Assembly (NCBI GenBank): GCA_965262555.1 | Contig: OZ253543.1 | Span: forward strand, 1,627,997 to 1,691,996 | Length of the DNA stretch: 64,000 nucleotides | Reading direction: 5' to 3' | Origin: Vicinamibacterales bacterium | Lineage (GTDB): Bacteria > Acidobacteriota > Vicinamibacteria > Vicinamibacterales > UBA8438 | Shown here: positions 42,871 through 52,595 of the stretch, in pieces | Layout: every line of letters starts with the position of its first letter | Position numbering within the stretch: the stretch's first letter is position 1 | The notes under the pieces: model-generated | What the model was told of the DNA's origin: nothing | The model's input: only the letters and a program-made list of their open reading frames with translations | Databases searched by the model: none | Translations under genes and position numbers: made by a program

Positions 42871-43131
42871 ATGAGCGCGCCGCGCCGCGAGACGTTTCGA
42901 ACGCTGCTGCGCGAGTTCTATATGGCGCCCTATCGCGGCGCGGTGGCGCGGGCGCGCCGCGACGAGGACGACCTCTTCATGTTGTTCGTCTTCGCCGAGT
43001 TGATGGGGGTACCGAACCCGGCGACGTACTACACGTTGGAACTACAGCCGATCCTGCTCGAGCGGTTCCATGACTGGCACACCCGCATGGGCCTGGAGCA
43101 CTCGCCACTCGACCACTTCCGCTGTTGTTGA
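42871..43131 (+). CDS. Small protein ending in Cys-Cys-stop (cory-CC-star-like)
   Basis: MSAPRR...EFY..PYR...RDEDDLFML.VF.E..GVPNP..YYTLEL.P.....FHDWH.RMG..HSPLD..RCC*; sits between cstA and arsA. Confidence 0.8.
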   Translation: MSAPRRETFRTLLREFYMAPYRGAVARARRDEDDLFMLFVFAELMGVPNPATYYTLELQPILLERFHDWHTRMGLEHSPLDHFRCC

Positions 43132-43221
43132 TCGATGCATCGTGACGGCATTGCCGCAACAGGCTCCGCGTCCACCGATGTGCGCCGGCCCAGGCTGTAG
43201 GCTCGGCGCCGGGCCGACCTG

Positions 43222-44226
43222 ATGCCGTACGACCCGCTGGCGCATCAGCTTCTCTTCGTCGGAGGCAAGGGGGGCGTCGGCAAGACGACGACGGCGGCGG
43301 CCATCGCCCTGACGGCGGCGGATCAGGGGCGGCGCTGCCTCGTCGTGTCGACCGATCCGGCGCACTCGCTCGGCGACATCTTCGAACGGGCCATCGGCGA
43401 TCGTGAAACGGCGATCGCGCCCAACCTGACCGGTCTCGAGATCGACCCGGACGCCGCCGCCACGGCGCACGTTGACACCGTGACGACACAGATGAAGCGG
43501 CTGGTCCATCCGCGCCTGTACGACGAGATCGCCCGGCAGATGGCGCTCGCCCGTGAGGCGCCGGGCGCGGTCGAGGCGGCGCTGCTCGAACGGGTGGCCA
43601 CCCTGATGGGCGAAGCGGGCGCGCGATTCGATCTGGTGGTGTTCGACACAGCACCCAGCGGCCATACCGTGCGGTTGCTGTCGCTGCCGGAGGTGATGGC
43701 GGCCTGGATGGACGGCCTGCTCCGCCATCGCGAACGCTCGTCGCGCCTCGGCGCGATGCTCGGACGCTTCGGCGGGGGTCGGGGACGGGGAGACGATCTG
43801 TCGCTGATCGATCAGGCGGTGGATCATCCTCCCGACAGTCCGGAGGCACGGGTCACCGCGCTGCTGCAGGCGCGCCGGCGGACGTTCGTGCAGGCGCGCG
43901 AGCGGTTGCTCGACACCGAGCGGACCGCGTTCCTGCTGGTGGTCAACCCGGACCGCCTGTCGATCCTGGAGAGCCGGCGGATCGTCGATACGCTGGAACG
44001 ATTCGACCTGCCGGTGGCCGCACTGATCGTCAACCGCGTCCTCCCCGATACGGCCGACGCCGCGGGGTCGTTCATCGAGGACCGGCGGGCGCAGGAGCAG
44101 GCCTACCTCCGTGAGATTGCCAGCACGTTCGCGTCGCACCCGCGCATCGTGATCCCGCTCCGTTCGCGTGACGTGCACGGGATCGACGCCCTGCGCGAGG
44201 TCGGCGCGCACCTGTGCGCCACGTGA
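43222..44226 (+). CDS. ArsA/Get3 family ATPase (single domain)
   Basis: GKGGVGKT, STDPAHSLGD, PG..E, DTAPSGHT, VNR. Confidence 0.92.
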   Translation: MPYDPLAHQLLFVGGKGGVGKTTTAAAIALTAADQGRRCLVVSTDPAHSLGDIFERAIGDRETAIAPNLTGLEIDPDAAATAHVDTVTTQMKRLVHPRLYDEIARQMALAREAPGAVEAALLERVATLMGEAGARFDLVVFDTAPSGHTVRLLSLPEVMAAWMDGLLRHRERSSRLGAMLGRFGGGRGRGDDLSLIDQAVDHPPDSPEARVTALLQARRRTFVQARERLLDTERTAFLLVVNPDRLSILESRRIVDTLERFDLPVAALIVNRVLPDTADAAGSFIEDRRAQEQAYLREIASTFASHPRIVIPLRSRDVHGIDALREVGAHLCAT

Positions 44227-44311
44227 GGTCGATGCACCATCGGATGCCGGCCTGGAAGCCGGCGCACCATCGGGAGGTTGGCTCGACCGCGCGGGCCGGG
44301 ACGGTCGCACC

Positions 44312-46006
44312 ATGACGGTCTCCCCCATCGCCGCCGCCGCCGTCTGCCTCGCGGCGTACGTCGTGGCCTACCGCTTCTACGCTCGATTCCTGGCCGACCG
44401 GATCTTCGCGATCGATCCGGCCCGGCCGACACCCGCGGTCACCCAGACCGACGGAATCGATTACGTGCCGACGAACCGGTTCGTCCTGTTCGGCCATCAG
44501 TACGCATCGATCACCGGCCTGTCGCCGATGCTCGGCCCGGCGATCGCCGTCATCTGGGGCTGGCTGCCGGCGATGATCTGGGTGGTCGCCGGCGCCATCC
44601 TCGTCGGCGCGGTGCAGGACTTCGGCGCGCTGGTCGTCTCGATCCGCGCGCGCGGCATGTCGCTCGGCCAGGTGACCGGCAACCTGGTCGGACGCCGCGG
44701 CAAGACCCTCTTCCACCTGGTGATCTTTTTCCTGATCGCGTTGGCCATGGGGGTCTTCGTGCACGTGATCGCGCTGCTCTTCTCAGCCGACTTCTATCCG
44801 GAGTCGGTTCTCCCGAGCGGCCTCCTGATCGGCGTGGCCCTTGCGATGGGGATCGCCGTCTATCGCGCCGGCGCGAGCGTCCAAACGCTGACCGTCGTTG
44901 GTCTGCTTCTCGCGCCGGCGCTGATCCTGCTGGGCGTCGAGTACCCGGTTGTCGGCCCGTCGGTCATGCAGTGGAAGTGGCTGCTCCTCGCGTACGCGTT
45001 CGCCGCGAGCGTGCTGCCGGTCTGGCTGTTGCTGCAGCCGCGCGACTACATCAACAGCCTGTTGCTGTACGTCGGCGTCGGCGCGATGTACGTCGGCTTC
45101 GTCCTGACCAATCCGTCGTTCGTCGCGCCGGCGGTCGACCTCGATCCACCCGGCGCGCCCGCGATCGTGCCGTTCGTCTTCGTCGTCATCGCATGCGGCG
45201 CGGCAAGCGGTTTCCACGCCCTGGTTTCATCGGGCACGAGCGCGAAGCAGCTTGCGAGCGAAGGGGACGCGCGCTTCGTCGGCTATGGCGCGATGATCGG
45301 CGAATCGCTCCTCGGCCTGATGGCGATCCTCGCGTGCACCGCCGGCTTCGTCTCGCGCGAGGCGTGGCTGGAGCGCTACGTCAGTTGGCAAGCGGCCGAC
45401 AGCCTGGGAAACAACATCGCCGCCTTCGTGCAGGGAGCCACCCACTTCCTCGGGGCGCTCGGGTTCCCCGAGGCGATGGCCGGCACCTTCGTCGCGGTCC
45501 TGGTGGTCTCGTTCGCCCTGACGTCGCTGGATTCAGCCACCCGCCTGCTTCGCTACAACATCTCGGAGATGGGCGAGACGCTCGGCGTCGGCGCGCTCGC
45601 CAACCGCTACGCCGCCTCCGCCATTGCGGTGGCCGCCATTTGGGCGTTCGCGTTCATCCAGGTGGACGGCGAATACGCCGGGCTGATCCTCTGGCAACTG
45701 TTCGGCACGACGAATCAGTTGCTGGCCGGCCTGGCGCTGCTCGCGATTACGCTCTACCTGCTCCGCCGCGGCAAGCCGGTCGGATGGACCGGCGCCCCGA
45801 TGTTGTTCATGCTGGCGTCGGCGCTCACGGTGATGGCGGTCAATCTGGTCGACTTCTGGACGGCACGCCAGTGGCTGCTCTTCGCCACCGGCGCGACGAT
45901 ATTCGCGCTCGCCCTCTGGCTTGCGGTGGAAGCCGCGATCGCCGTCCACCTGTTCCGGCGGCATCCGGTGATCGAGGGCCTGGATGTCGAGCTTCGCGAC
46001 CGCTGA
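44312..46006 (+). CDS. cstA: Carbon starvation protein A family transporter, copy 2
   Basis: DYVPT, GHQYASITG, LPVWLLLQPRDY, IACGAASGFH, SSGTSAKQ, WQLFGTTNQLLA. Confidence 0.9.
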   Translation: MTVSPIAAAAVCLAAYVVAYRFYARFLADRIFAIDPARPTPAVTQTDGIDYVPTNRFVLFGHQYASITGLSPMLGPAIAVIWGWLPAMIWVVAGAILVGAVQDFGALVVSIRARGMSLGQVTGNLVGRRGKTLFHLVIFFLIALAMGVFVHVIALLFSADFYPESVLPSGLLIGVALAMGIAVYRAGASVQTLTVVGLLLAPALILLGVEYPVVGPSVMQWKWLLLAYAFAASVLPVWLLLQPRDYINSLLLYVGVGAMYVGFVLTNPSFVAPAVDLDPPGAPAIVPFVFVVIACGAASGFHALVSSGTSAKQLASEGDARFVGYGAMIGESLLGLMAILACTAGFVSREAWLERYVSWQAADSLGNNIAAFVQGATHFLGALGFPEAMAGTFVAVLVVSFALTSLDSATRLLRYNISEMGETLGVGALANRYAASAIAVAAIWAFAFIQVDGEYAGLILWQLFGTTNQLLAGLALLAITLYLLRRGKPVGWTGAPMLFMLASALTVMAVNLVDFWTARQWLLFATGATIFALALWLAVEAAIAVHLFRRHPVIEGLDVELRDR

Positions 46007-46091
46007 CTGGATCCTGGATGGCCGGTCGCACATCCGGACGAGGCCGGCCCCCCGGGATGACCAACGGCGCCGGGCCGCCGCGAGAGCAACG

Positions 46092-46865
46092 TCAGAAACG
46101 GAAACGGACGCCGCCGGTGGCCTGCAGGCCGCCGCTGTCCACCGCCAGCGTGCCGTCGCCTGCCGAGTCGAGCGCTATCGATGCGCGGTTGAACTGGACC
46201 GTCCCGCCAAGGCCGAACCTTCCGGACACGTAGTACGCCACGTCGGCGCCAGCCACAAACCCGACGGTCGATCCGGAACGTGGCGCGTGGGCCGCGCCGT
46301 TGACCGAGACCGCGTTGTACGGGTACGCGTGCACGTACTCGACGCGGTCGACAAGCTCCTGCGTCAACGCAACCATCGTCGGACCAGCGAACAGCGTGAA
46401 GTCGACTGATGGCGACACCGGCATCACCCAGGCGGCATGGATGTTCACCATCATCTCCCGCCGCTGCAGCCTCGGCGATGCGGCGGTCACGACACGATGG
46501 CGACGGAGGCGCAACGGATGGGGCAGACGGGCGTTCAGGTCAGCCGGCTCCCGCAGTGAGATCAGTGACACGCCCCCGCCGACGGCGAACCGGTCCGTAA
46601 TCCGGAACCGGACGTTCGCGTCGAACAGCGGCCCATTCGCGCCCGGATACTGCGCGTCCAGGTTCCCCTGCTCCCTGAACTCGGTGAAGACCACCCGGTC
46701 GGTCATGCCGGACGCCGCCGCCTGCCGGCCGCCGTTGACCGCGATCGAGATGCGTGGTGACTGTGATTGAGCGACCGCCGAAACATGCCACAGCACGATC
46801 AGCAGCAGCGCGCCCAGGGCTGCCGGGAACCGCTTCGCGCTCACGTGCAATCGTATCCAGTTCAT
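46092..46865 (-). CDS. Outer-membrane beta-barrel protein
   Basis: Signal peptide (AVA-Q), alternating amphipathic strands, C-terminal GVRFRF beta-signal. Confidence 0.7.
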   Translation of the reverse strand: MNWIRLHVSAKRFPAALGALLLIVLWHVSAVAQSQSPRISIAVNGGRQAAASGMTDRVVFTEFREQGNLDAQYPGANGPLFDANVRFRITDRFAVGGGVSLISLREPADLNARLPHPLRLRRHRVVTAASPRLQRREMMVNIHAAWVMPVSPSVDFTLFAGPTMVALTQELVDRVEYVHAYPYNAVSVNGAAHAPRSGSTVGFVAGADVAYYVSGRFGLGGTVQFNRASIALDSAGDGTLAVDSGGLQATGGVRFRF

Positions 46866-46881
46866 CGGTTCGGGCCGGCGG

Positions 46882-48771
46882 CTATTGCAGGTCCACCGCG
46901 GCCAACGCCTGATCGATCGCGCGATAGACGTCGCTGTCGCGGCCGAACAGGTCGTCGGCCGACTGTCGAATCACGTCGGCCGCCATGAACATGCTGACCC
47001 GGGCGGCGGGCATCAGGTCGGTCATGGCGCGCACGAACGCCCGCTCCACGTCTGCCCGGTTGGCGGCTCCGACCCCGTCGACCGACCGGCCGGTCGTCCG
47101 GTTCTCCCCCCCCTCGACCGCCAGGTAGAACGCGTGACTCAGGATCGTGGAGTTCCAGTGCAGGCCGGAATAGTCAAAGGTCGGCAGGCGCACGATCGTC
47201 CTGCCCCGATCGGCGGAGCCGTAGGCGTGGAAAATGTCGAATCGACCGTCGTTGAGAAGCATGATGAAGATCGCGTCACGGTAGGCCGCCGGACGCTCGA
47301 TGTTTACATCCACACCCGGACGCGCACCGATCGGCACCGACGGCGGATCCTCCAGGGAGCGAATGAGAAATTCGGTATCCTCGCCGATCAGGTAGTCAGC
47401 CAGGAGCGGACCGTCGGCCGGTTGGTGGAACATGAACTCGACCGACGTCCCGACGATGTCCGAATACGCCTCGTTGATGGCGCCACCGTGGTTCATGACC
47501 AGCAGGATGTTCCCGTCCTCGCTGCAGCGCAGGCGAAATGTCCGGTCGTCAAGCCCTTCACCTCTGACCCGCCAGGGTGTGTTGCAGTCCACCCGCCGGC
47601 CATTTTCCGTCACGAAGCTGGACGGTCCTTCGATGCCGAAGTAGCTGTGGCGAAACCCGCTTCCGGTGCGCTGCCCGACCGAATGGAGCGTCACGCCATG
47701 CATCACCTCGTGCGCCACGATGTCGAGCGGCGCGAAGGGCGTGCCGTCCGGTAGCTGCCCGAACGCCACAACGCCGGTCTTGTCGGGCCCCTGGGGCGGA
47801 TATAAGTAGAGCGCGTTCACAGTGTCGCCGATGTTGGCCATCGTCATGATCCGCCCGTCGCGGCCATCGATGCCATCCCAGTCGTGACGCGCGGCGAGGT
47901 AGTCGTAGGTGAACCCCACATGGGTGTGGACGTCCACCACCGCCGGATCGTCCCACGTGTTGTCCGCGTCGCTTGCGACATCGCTGGGCGCCCACTCCGG
48001 TCCCCGCGGATCGATCAGCGCATCAACACGTGCCTCGTTGTGCCGCATGTCGAGCGTGACAATCTCCGCCGGACGCAAGCGGTCGTGGGCCTGGAAGACG
48101 CCACCGCTCTGCGAGCCGCTCACCTTCTTGGCCTGACCCTGAATCCCGAAGCCGATACCGACGCTGCTCTGTTCGTCGAATGCCTGTTCCCGCCAGACCA
48201 CGTCGCCCGTGTGGGCGTCCACGAAGTACGTCATGCGGTCGCGCATCAGCGCCTCGTATGCCAGCACGAAGCGGTCCGCCGGCAGGGGCAGGATCACCAG
48301 TTCGGGCGGATCGTCCACCGCCGGACCGGCGCCGGACCACGCGTCCATCTGCGCCAGCGCGTCGGCGGGTGAGATGGCGGGCACCGTGTGGACATCCATC
48401 GCCTCGTGCAGCGTCCCGAAGATCGAAACCGTCAGGCCGTCCTGCAGTTGACGGGAGACGCCGGTGCCGTAGACCCGCACCCCCTGGTAGTACTGCTGAA
48501 AGTACTCGTGCGCGCGCCCCGGCACCTGCCGATCCGCCAGGCGAGAGATGAGAGCCAGCCCGTCCGTGCGAGCCATCGCATCTATGCGGGCATCGATCTG
48601 CCGCAGTTCCGACAGGTCGGCCGACGCCGACATTATTGCAATCGCGGCGGGCCGCGGGATTGCCACCTCTGTCGATTCCTGTGCAGCGACCGTGGCGAAC
48701 GCGACAAGTCCAAGCGTGGCCGCGACCAGCGACGGACGCACGCTCAGGGAAGACGCGGTGGTTTGGGGCAC
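46882..48771 (-). CDS. M4 (thermolysin-like) metallopeptidase with propeptide
   Basis: Signal peptide, FTP/PepSY-like prodomain (QYYQGVRV.G, YFVDAHTG), HEVMH, GAINEAYSD, GLHWNS. Confidence 0.88.
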   Translation of the reverse strand: MPQTTASSLSVRPSLVAATLGLVAFATVAAQESTEVAIPRPAAIAIMSASADLSELRQIDARIDAMARTDGLALISRLADRQVPGRAHEYFQQYYQGVRVYGTGVSRQLQDGLTVSIFGTLHEAMDVHTVPAISPADALAQMDAWSGAGPAVDDPPELVILPLPADRFVLAYEALMRDRMTYFVDAHTGDVVWREQAFDEQSSVGIGFGIQGQAKKVSGSQSGGVFQAHDRLRPAEIVTLDMRHNEARVDALIDPRGPEWAPSDVASDADNTWDDPAVVDVHTHVGFTYDYLAARHDWDGIDGRDGRIMTMANIGDTVNALYLYPPQGPDKTGVVAFGQLPDGTPFAPLDIVAHEVMHGVTLHSVGQRTGSGFRHSYFGIEGPSSFVTENGRRVDCNTPWRVRGEGLDDRTFRLRCSEDGNILLVMNHGGAINEAYSDIVGTSVEFMFHQPADGPLLADYLIGEDTEFLIRSLEDPPSVPIGARPGVDVNIERPAAYRDAIFIMLLNDGRFDIFHAYGSADRGRTIVRLPTFDYSGLHWNSTILSHAFYLAVEGGENRTTGRSVDGVGAANRADVERAFVRAMTDLMPAARVSMFMAADVIRQSADDLFGRDSDVYRAIDQALAAVDLQ

Positions 48772-48908
48772 GGTTGGTCGACCTTGGCTCACCTGATGGG
48801 CGGTGTCTCGGCGGCAGGCGTACTGCAGTATCGTGTCAAACCGGATCCGAGCACAACCGGGCGAGACCGTCGCGGCCGGGGTCTGCCGCATCCGAGCTCG
48901 CAGCGCCG

Positions 48909-49910
48909 CTACCGACGCTCGAGGATCATCACGTGGCGATCCTCTCCCTCACGCTCGCTGTCACCAACGACGACGAGGATCAGGCCCCCGCTCGCCGAGA
49001 TATCGCGCGACGGGCGGGGCGTGGCATAGCTCCCGGCCGAGACCGGTGCAGCCGGATTCGACAGATCGACCACCTGCACGCCCGCCTCGGTATCGGCCAC
49101 GTAGGCGAGCGACCCATCGACCGAGACACGCGTGGCGGTACCCGGCGTGACAAACGACGACAGCTTCCGGGGCGCCGCCGGGTCGGACACGTCGTATACC
49201 TGCAGGTTGCGGCCGCCCGCGCCGACGATCAGCGTCGGCCGGTCCCCCTCCCCCACCAAGACCTCGATGTCGCGGGGCGCCGCTGGCGCATGCACCACGC
49301 CGATCGGCTCCGGCAGTCCGGGACGCGAGAGGTCGAAGACATAGAGGCCCGAGGGCGAATCGGTCGCGTAGGCGATCGTGCCGGCGGTCACCACGTCCCG
49401 TGCGTAGCCGTCCAGGAAATACGAGCCGATCCCCTCGGGCGCCGTTTCGTCCGAGACGTCGATCAGGACGAACCCCTCCATGTGGTCGATGAGCCCCACC
49501 TTGCCCGCCGCGACGTCGCCAATCTTCGTCTGCCCGAGCGACTTGTGCTGGCCGAGCACGACCACGTTGTCCGGATCGCTGATGTCGACAATGCCGAGGC
49601 CGAAGAAGTTGGCGCCGACGTAGGCGCGATCGCCGGCCAGCCGAAATCCCCAGATCTCCTGCGGAAACGTATGTGAGCCGCGCGCCACCGGGTTGGCCGG
49701 ATCGGACAGGTCGTGAACGGTGAAGGTGTGCAGGCCGGCGACGTAGCCGACGCCGTCACGTACCCGGACCACGTTGGCGGGTCCCGGGATCTCCCCCACC
49801 GCCTCGAGTGTCACCTGCTGCGCCGCTGCGTCCGGCGCGGCCCATCCGGCGCCAAGCAGCAACGCCGCTGCCGCCGCCGCCAGGGCTCCGCGCCGCTGCA
49901 TGGCCGGCAT
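48909..49910 (-). CDS. LVIVD-repeat beta-propeller protein, secreted
   Basis: Repeats GLGIVDISDP, GFVLIDVSD, GLYVFDLS.P, LQVYDVSDP, GVQVVDLSNP; signal peptide. Confidence 0.85.
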   Translation of the reverse strand: MPAMQRRGALAAAAAALLLGAGWAAPDAAAQQVTLEAVGEIPGPANVVRVRDGVGYVAGLHTFTVHDLSDPANPVARGSHTFPQEIWGFRLAGDRAYVGANFFGLGIVDISDPDNVVVLGQHKSLGQTKIGDVAAGKVGLIDHMEGFVLIDVSDETAPEGIGSYFLDGYARDVVTAGTIAYATDSPSGLYVFDLSRPGLPEPIGVVHAPAAPRDIEVLVGEGDRPTLIVGAGGRNLQVYDVSDPAAPRKLSSFVTPGTATRVSVDGSLAYVADTEAGVQVVDLSNPAAPVSAGSYATPRPSRDISASGGLILVVVGDSEREGEDRHVMILERR

Positions 49911-49911
49911 G

Positions 49912-51318
49912 CTACTGCCCCGCGGCCGCGGGGCCGCCATTCGCGATGCGGTAGAGCTTCGACTGCGTCCGGAGGAAGAGACTGCCGCGCGCGATGGCGG
50001 GCGTCGACAGCGTCATCTCGTTGAGCATGTTCGTGTGCAGGATCTCGAACTCCCGACCCGCCCGGACGACGTAGGTCTCGCCATCCTCGCTCAACAGGAA
50101 CACCTTGCCGTTGTACGCCCAGGGGGACGCGGTGAAACCGTTACCGATCTCGAGCCTCCGGCGCCCGTAGATCTCCTCGCCGGTCCGTGCGTCGTGCGCG
50201 ACGAGAAATCCGCGGTCGAGCAGCGTATAGAAGATGTCCCCATAGACGATCGCCGTCGTGTTGTAGGTGCCGAGCAGAGGGTACGACCAGGCAATGTCGT
50301 CTGACGCGGTCAGCGGCCCGGGAAAGCCGGAGGCGATGCCGTTGCGCGCCTGTTCCTCGGTGAAGATCGAGATGTCTCCCGAGGCGCCCGGCCGTATCGC
50401 ATACACCGGCCGGATCCCGCCGCCCGGGTAGCCGGAACTGATGTAGACGAGGTCGTGCGCCGTGAACGGCGTCGGCGTGGTGAGTCCCGACATGCCGCGC
50501 AGCTCCCAGAGGAGATCGCCGTCGAGCGTATACGACCGCACCGCCTCGGTGCCCGCGGTCACCAGCTCCGTCCGCAGGTCATTCTCCCAGACGAACGGCG
50601 TCGCCCAGCTCCGGCCGTACTCTTCGCGGTCCACCCGCCAGACGTCGTCCCCCGTGTCCGTGTCGAACGCGGCGATGAACGACCGTGTCGTGTTGTCGTT
50701 GACAACGTAGATCCGGTCGCCATACAGAATGGGGGAGGCGGCCGTGCCCATTTCGTTCAATGTGTTGAACACCTCCAGTTCGCGCGTCCAGACCAGTTCG
50801 CCGCTCATGTTGAAGGCGGCGAGCTGGCCGATCGCTCCGAGGTAGACGTACACCCGACGGCCGTCGGTGACGGGAGTCTCGGACGCGAAGCTGTTCTTCA
50901 GGTGGCGCTTCTCCGGCGGCGGCGCGGCGTAGAGTTCCCGTTCCCACCGCACCTGGCCGGTGTGGAAGTCGATGGCGTAGAGCAGCCAGCGGTGAGTGTT
51001 CGCGGAGCCCTCCGAGCCGTTCTCCATCCCCGGGTCGTAGAGCCCCTTGACCGGATCCGGCTCGTCGCCCTCGCTGACGGCCGTGGTGATGAACACCAGG
51101 TCGCCGGTCACGACTGGCGAGCTCCATGCGAGCCCCGGAATGTCCGTCGTCCAGACGACGTTCTCCGTCTCGCTCCAGCGCTCCGGCAGGTTGGAGTCGT
51201 CGGGCACGACCCCGGCCGCCGGTCCCCGGAACTGCAGCCAGTCTTCCTGCGCCGCCGCCGGCGCCAGCAGCAGTCCAGCGAGCAGCCAGATGGTGAGGGT
51301 GACGGCGGCTCGATGCAT
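49912..51318 (-). CDS. PQQ-binding-like (BamB-type) beta-propeller protein, secreted
   Basis: DWLQFRGP, W...IPG..WSSP, ASETP.TDG, AASP, WATP, FTASP, STPAI....LFLRT. Confidence 0.88.
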   Translation of the reverse strand: MHRAAVTLTIWLLAGLLLAPAAAQEDWLQFRGPAAGVVPDDSNLPERWSETENVVWTTDIPGLAWSSPVVTGDLVFITTAVSEGDEPDPVKGLYDPGMENGSEGSANTHRWLLYAIDFHTGQVRWERELYAAPPPEKRHLKNSFASETPVTDGRRVYVYLGAIGQLAAFNMSGELVWTRELEVFNTLNEMGTAASPILYGDRIYVVNDNTTRSFIAAFDTDTGDDVWRVDREEYGRSWATPFVWENDLRTELVTAGTEAVRSYTLDGDLLWELRGMSGLTTPTPFTAHDLVYISSGYPGGGIRPVYAIRPGASGDISIFTEEQARNGIASGFPGPLTASDDIAWSYPLLGTYNTTAIVYGDIFYTLLDRGFLVAHDARTGEEIYGRRRLEIGNGFTASPWAYNGKVFLLSEDGETYVVRAGREFEILHTNMLNEMTLSTPAIARGSLFLRTQSKLYRIANGGPAAAGQ

Positions 51319-51463
51319 CGGCTCCTCCTCCCGTCCGTCGGCGCGAGCCAGCGCCTGTCCGGAGCGCTCACCTCGCCGCGACGCCCCTACAGCATGCCAA
51401 AACAGAAGCCGCGCGTCGAGTCGGGCCGGCTGTGCCGACGCCGTGGCGCGACACGCCGAGGCA

Positions 51464-51492
51464 TGGACGCCGCTGGCCGCACAGGGCATAAT
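51464..51492 (+). promoter_or_regulatory. Sigma70-type promoter for the paralog array
   Basis: TGGACG-N17-CATAAT, followed by a short hairpin (GGCGGA...TTCGCC) and AAGGAGG RBS before ATG 51531. Confidence 0.5.
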
Positions 51493-51530
51493 AGGCGGAA
51501 CGGATTCGCCATTCACCAAGGAGGCATCGG

Positions 51531-52577
51531 ATGCGAGACCGGCTTGCCGTCCGGACCGTCGCCGCGTTCCTCGCCGCCGGTTGCGGGCTGGCCATGGCGC
51601 CTGCCGCGCTTGCCCAAGTCGACCGCGTGGTCGACTCGACCTGGACCGTTCCACGACTGCCGGACGGGTCGCCCGACCTCGAGGGCCTCTGGGGCAACAA
51701 GACCATCACCCCGATGGAACGTCCCGACGACGTCGGGGGACGGGCCTTCCTCACCGAGGAGGAAATCGCCGAGCGCAACCGCCAGCGGGCGCTGCGCCTC
51801 GAGCAGCAGGACGCGGCGCCGGCGCGGCGGTACGAGGCGGGGGGCAGCGTCGGCGGCTATGGCAGCTACTGGCTCGATGCGGGCGACACCGTGCTGCCGA
51901 CCGGGCAGACCTCGCTGATCGTCGACCCGTCCGACGGCCGGGCGCCGATCCGACAATGGGCGCTCGACACCAAGGCCTACAATCTGGCGCATAACGGCGA
52001 CCACTATCGGCACATGAGCGTCTGGGACCGCTGCCTCTCCCGCGGCGTCCCCGGGTCGATGCTGCCGGCCGGCTACAACAACGCCTACCGGATCGTGCAG
52101 ACGCCCGGCTACATCACCATTCAACACGAGATGATCCACGATGTCCGGATCATCCCGGTTGTCGACGATTCGGGCGATCGGCCGTTCATCCATGACAATA
52201 TCCGGCTCTGGATGGGCGACGCCCGCGCCTGGTGGGAGGACGACACGCTGGTCGTCGAGACGAGGAACTTCCACAACCGCGGCTGGATCGCGTCGAGCGC
52301 CGCCGGGGCGCGGCTCAAGGGGATCCCGACCAGCGAGGCGCTCCATGTCGCCGAGCGTTACCAGCGGGTCGCCGAGGACACCATCCTCTGGACCGTCACC
52401 ATCACCGACCCGAACGTCTACACGCGGACCTGGACGATCCAGATGCCGCTGACGGCCGAGCCGGACTACAACATCTTCGAATACGCCTGTCACGAGGGGA
52501 ACTACGCGGTCCCCAACGCGTTGAGCGGCCAGCGCGTCATCGACGCCCGTGGCGGCGCATCGACCAACGAGCCCTAG
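51531..52577 (+). CDS. Secreted hypothetical protein, EYACHEGN family paralog 1
   Basis: Signal peptide; W.VPR..DG.PDL.GLW, TPMERP, DRC, YNN.Y.I.QTP, E..H, W.GD, DTLVVET.NF, EYACHEGN. Confidence 0.85.
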   Translation: MRDRLAVRTVAAFLAAGCGLAMAPAALAQVDRVVDSTWTVPRLPDGSPDLEGLWGNKTITPMERPDDVGGRAFLTEEEIAERNRQRALRLEQQDAAPARRYEAGGSVGGYGSYWLDAGDTVLPTGQTSLIVDPSDGRAPIRQWALDTKAYNLAHNGDHYRHMSVWDRCLSRGVPGSMLPAGYNNAYRIVQTPGYITIQHEMIHDVRIIPVVDDSGDRPFIHDNIRLWMGDARAWWEDDTLVVETRNFHNRGWIASSAAGARLKGIPTSEALHVAERYQRVAEDTILWTVTITDPNVYTRTWTIQMPLTAEPDYNIFEYACHEGNYAVPNALSGQRVIDARGGASTNEP

Positions 52578-52595
52578 GGAACAGAGGAGGCACTG

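Noticed and set aside
43129-43160. Possible selenocysteine readthrough of the TGA after Cys-Cys; a small hairpin (TGACGGCATTGCCGCA) starts 11 nt after the TGA
   Set aside because: The apical loop lacks the G expected of a bacterial SECIS, both Cys positions are already TGT codons, and readthrough adds only an unremarkable short tail. A bSECISearch run and a selAB/selD check would settle it.
43222-44226. Arsenic-resistance operon
   Set aside because: No arsR, arsB/acr3, arsC or arsD nearby; the ATPase is single-domain and lacks the Cys-rich metalloid site of two-domain ArsA.
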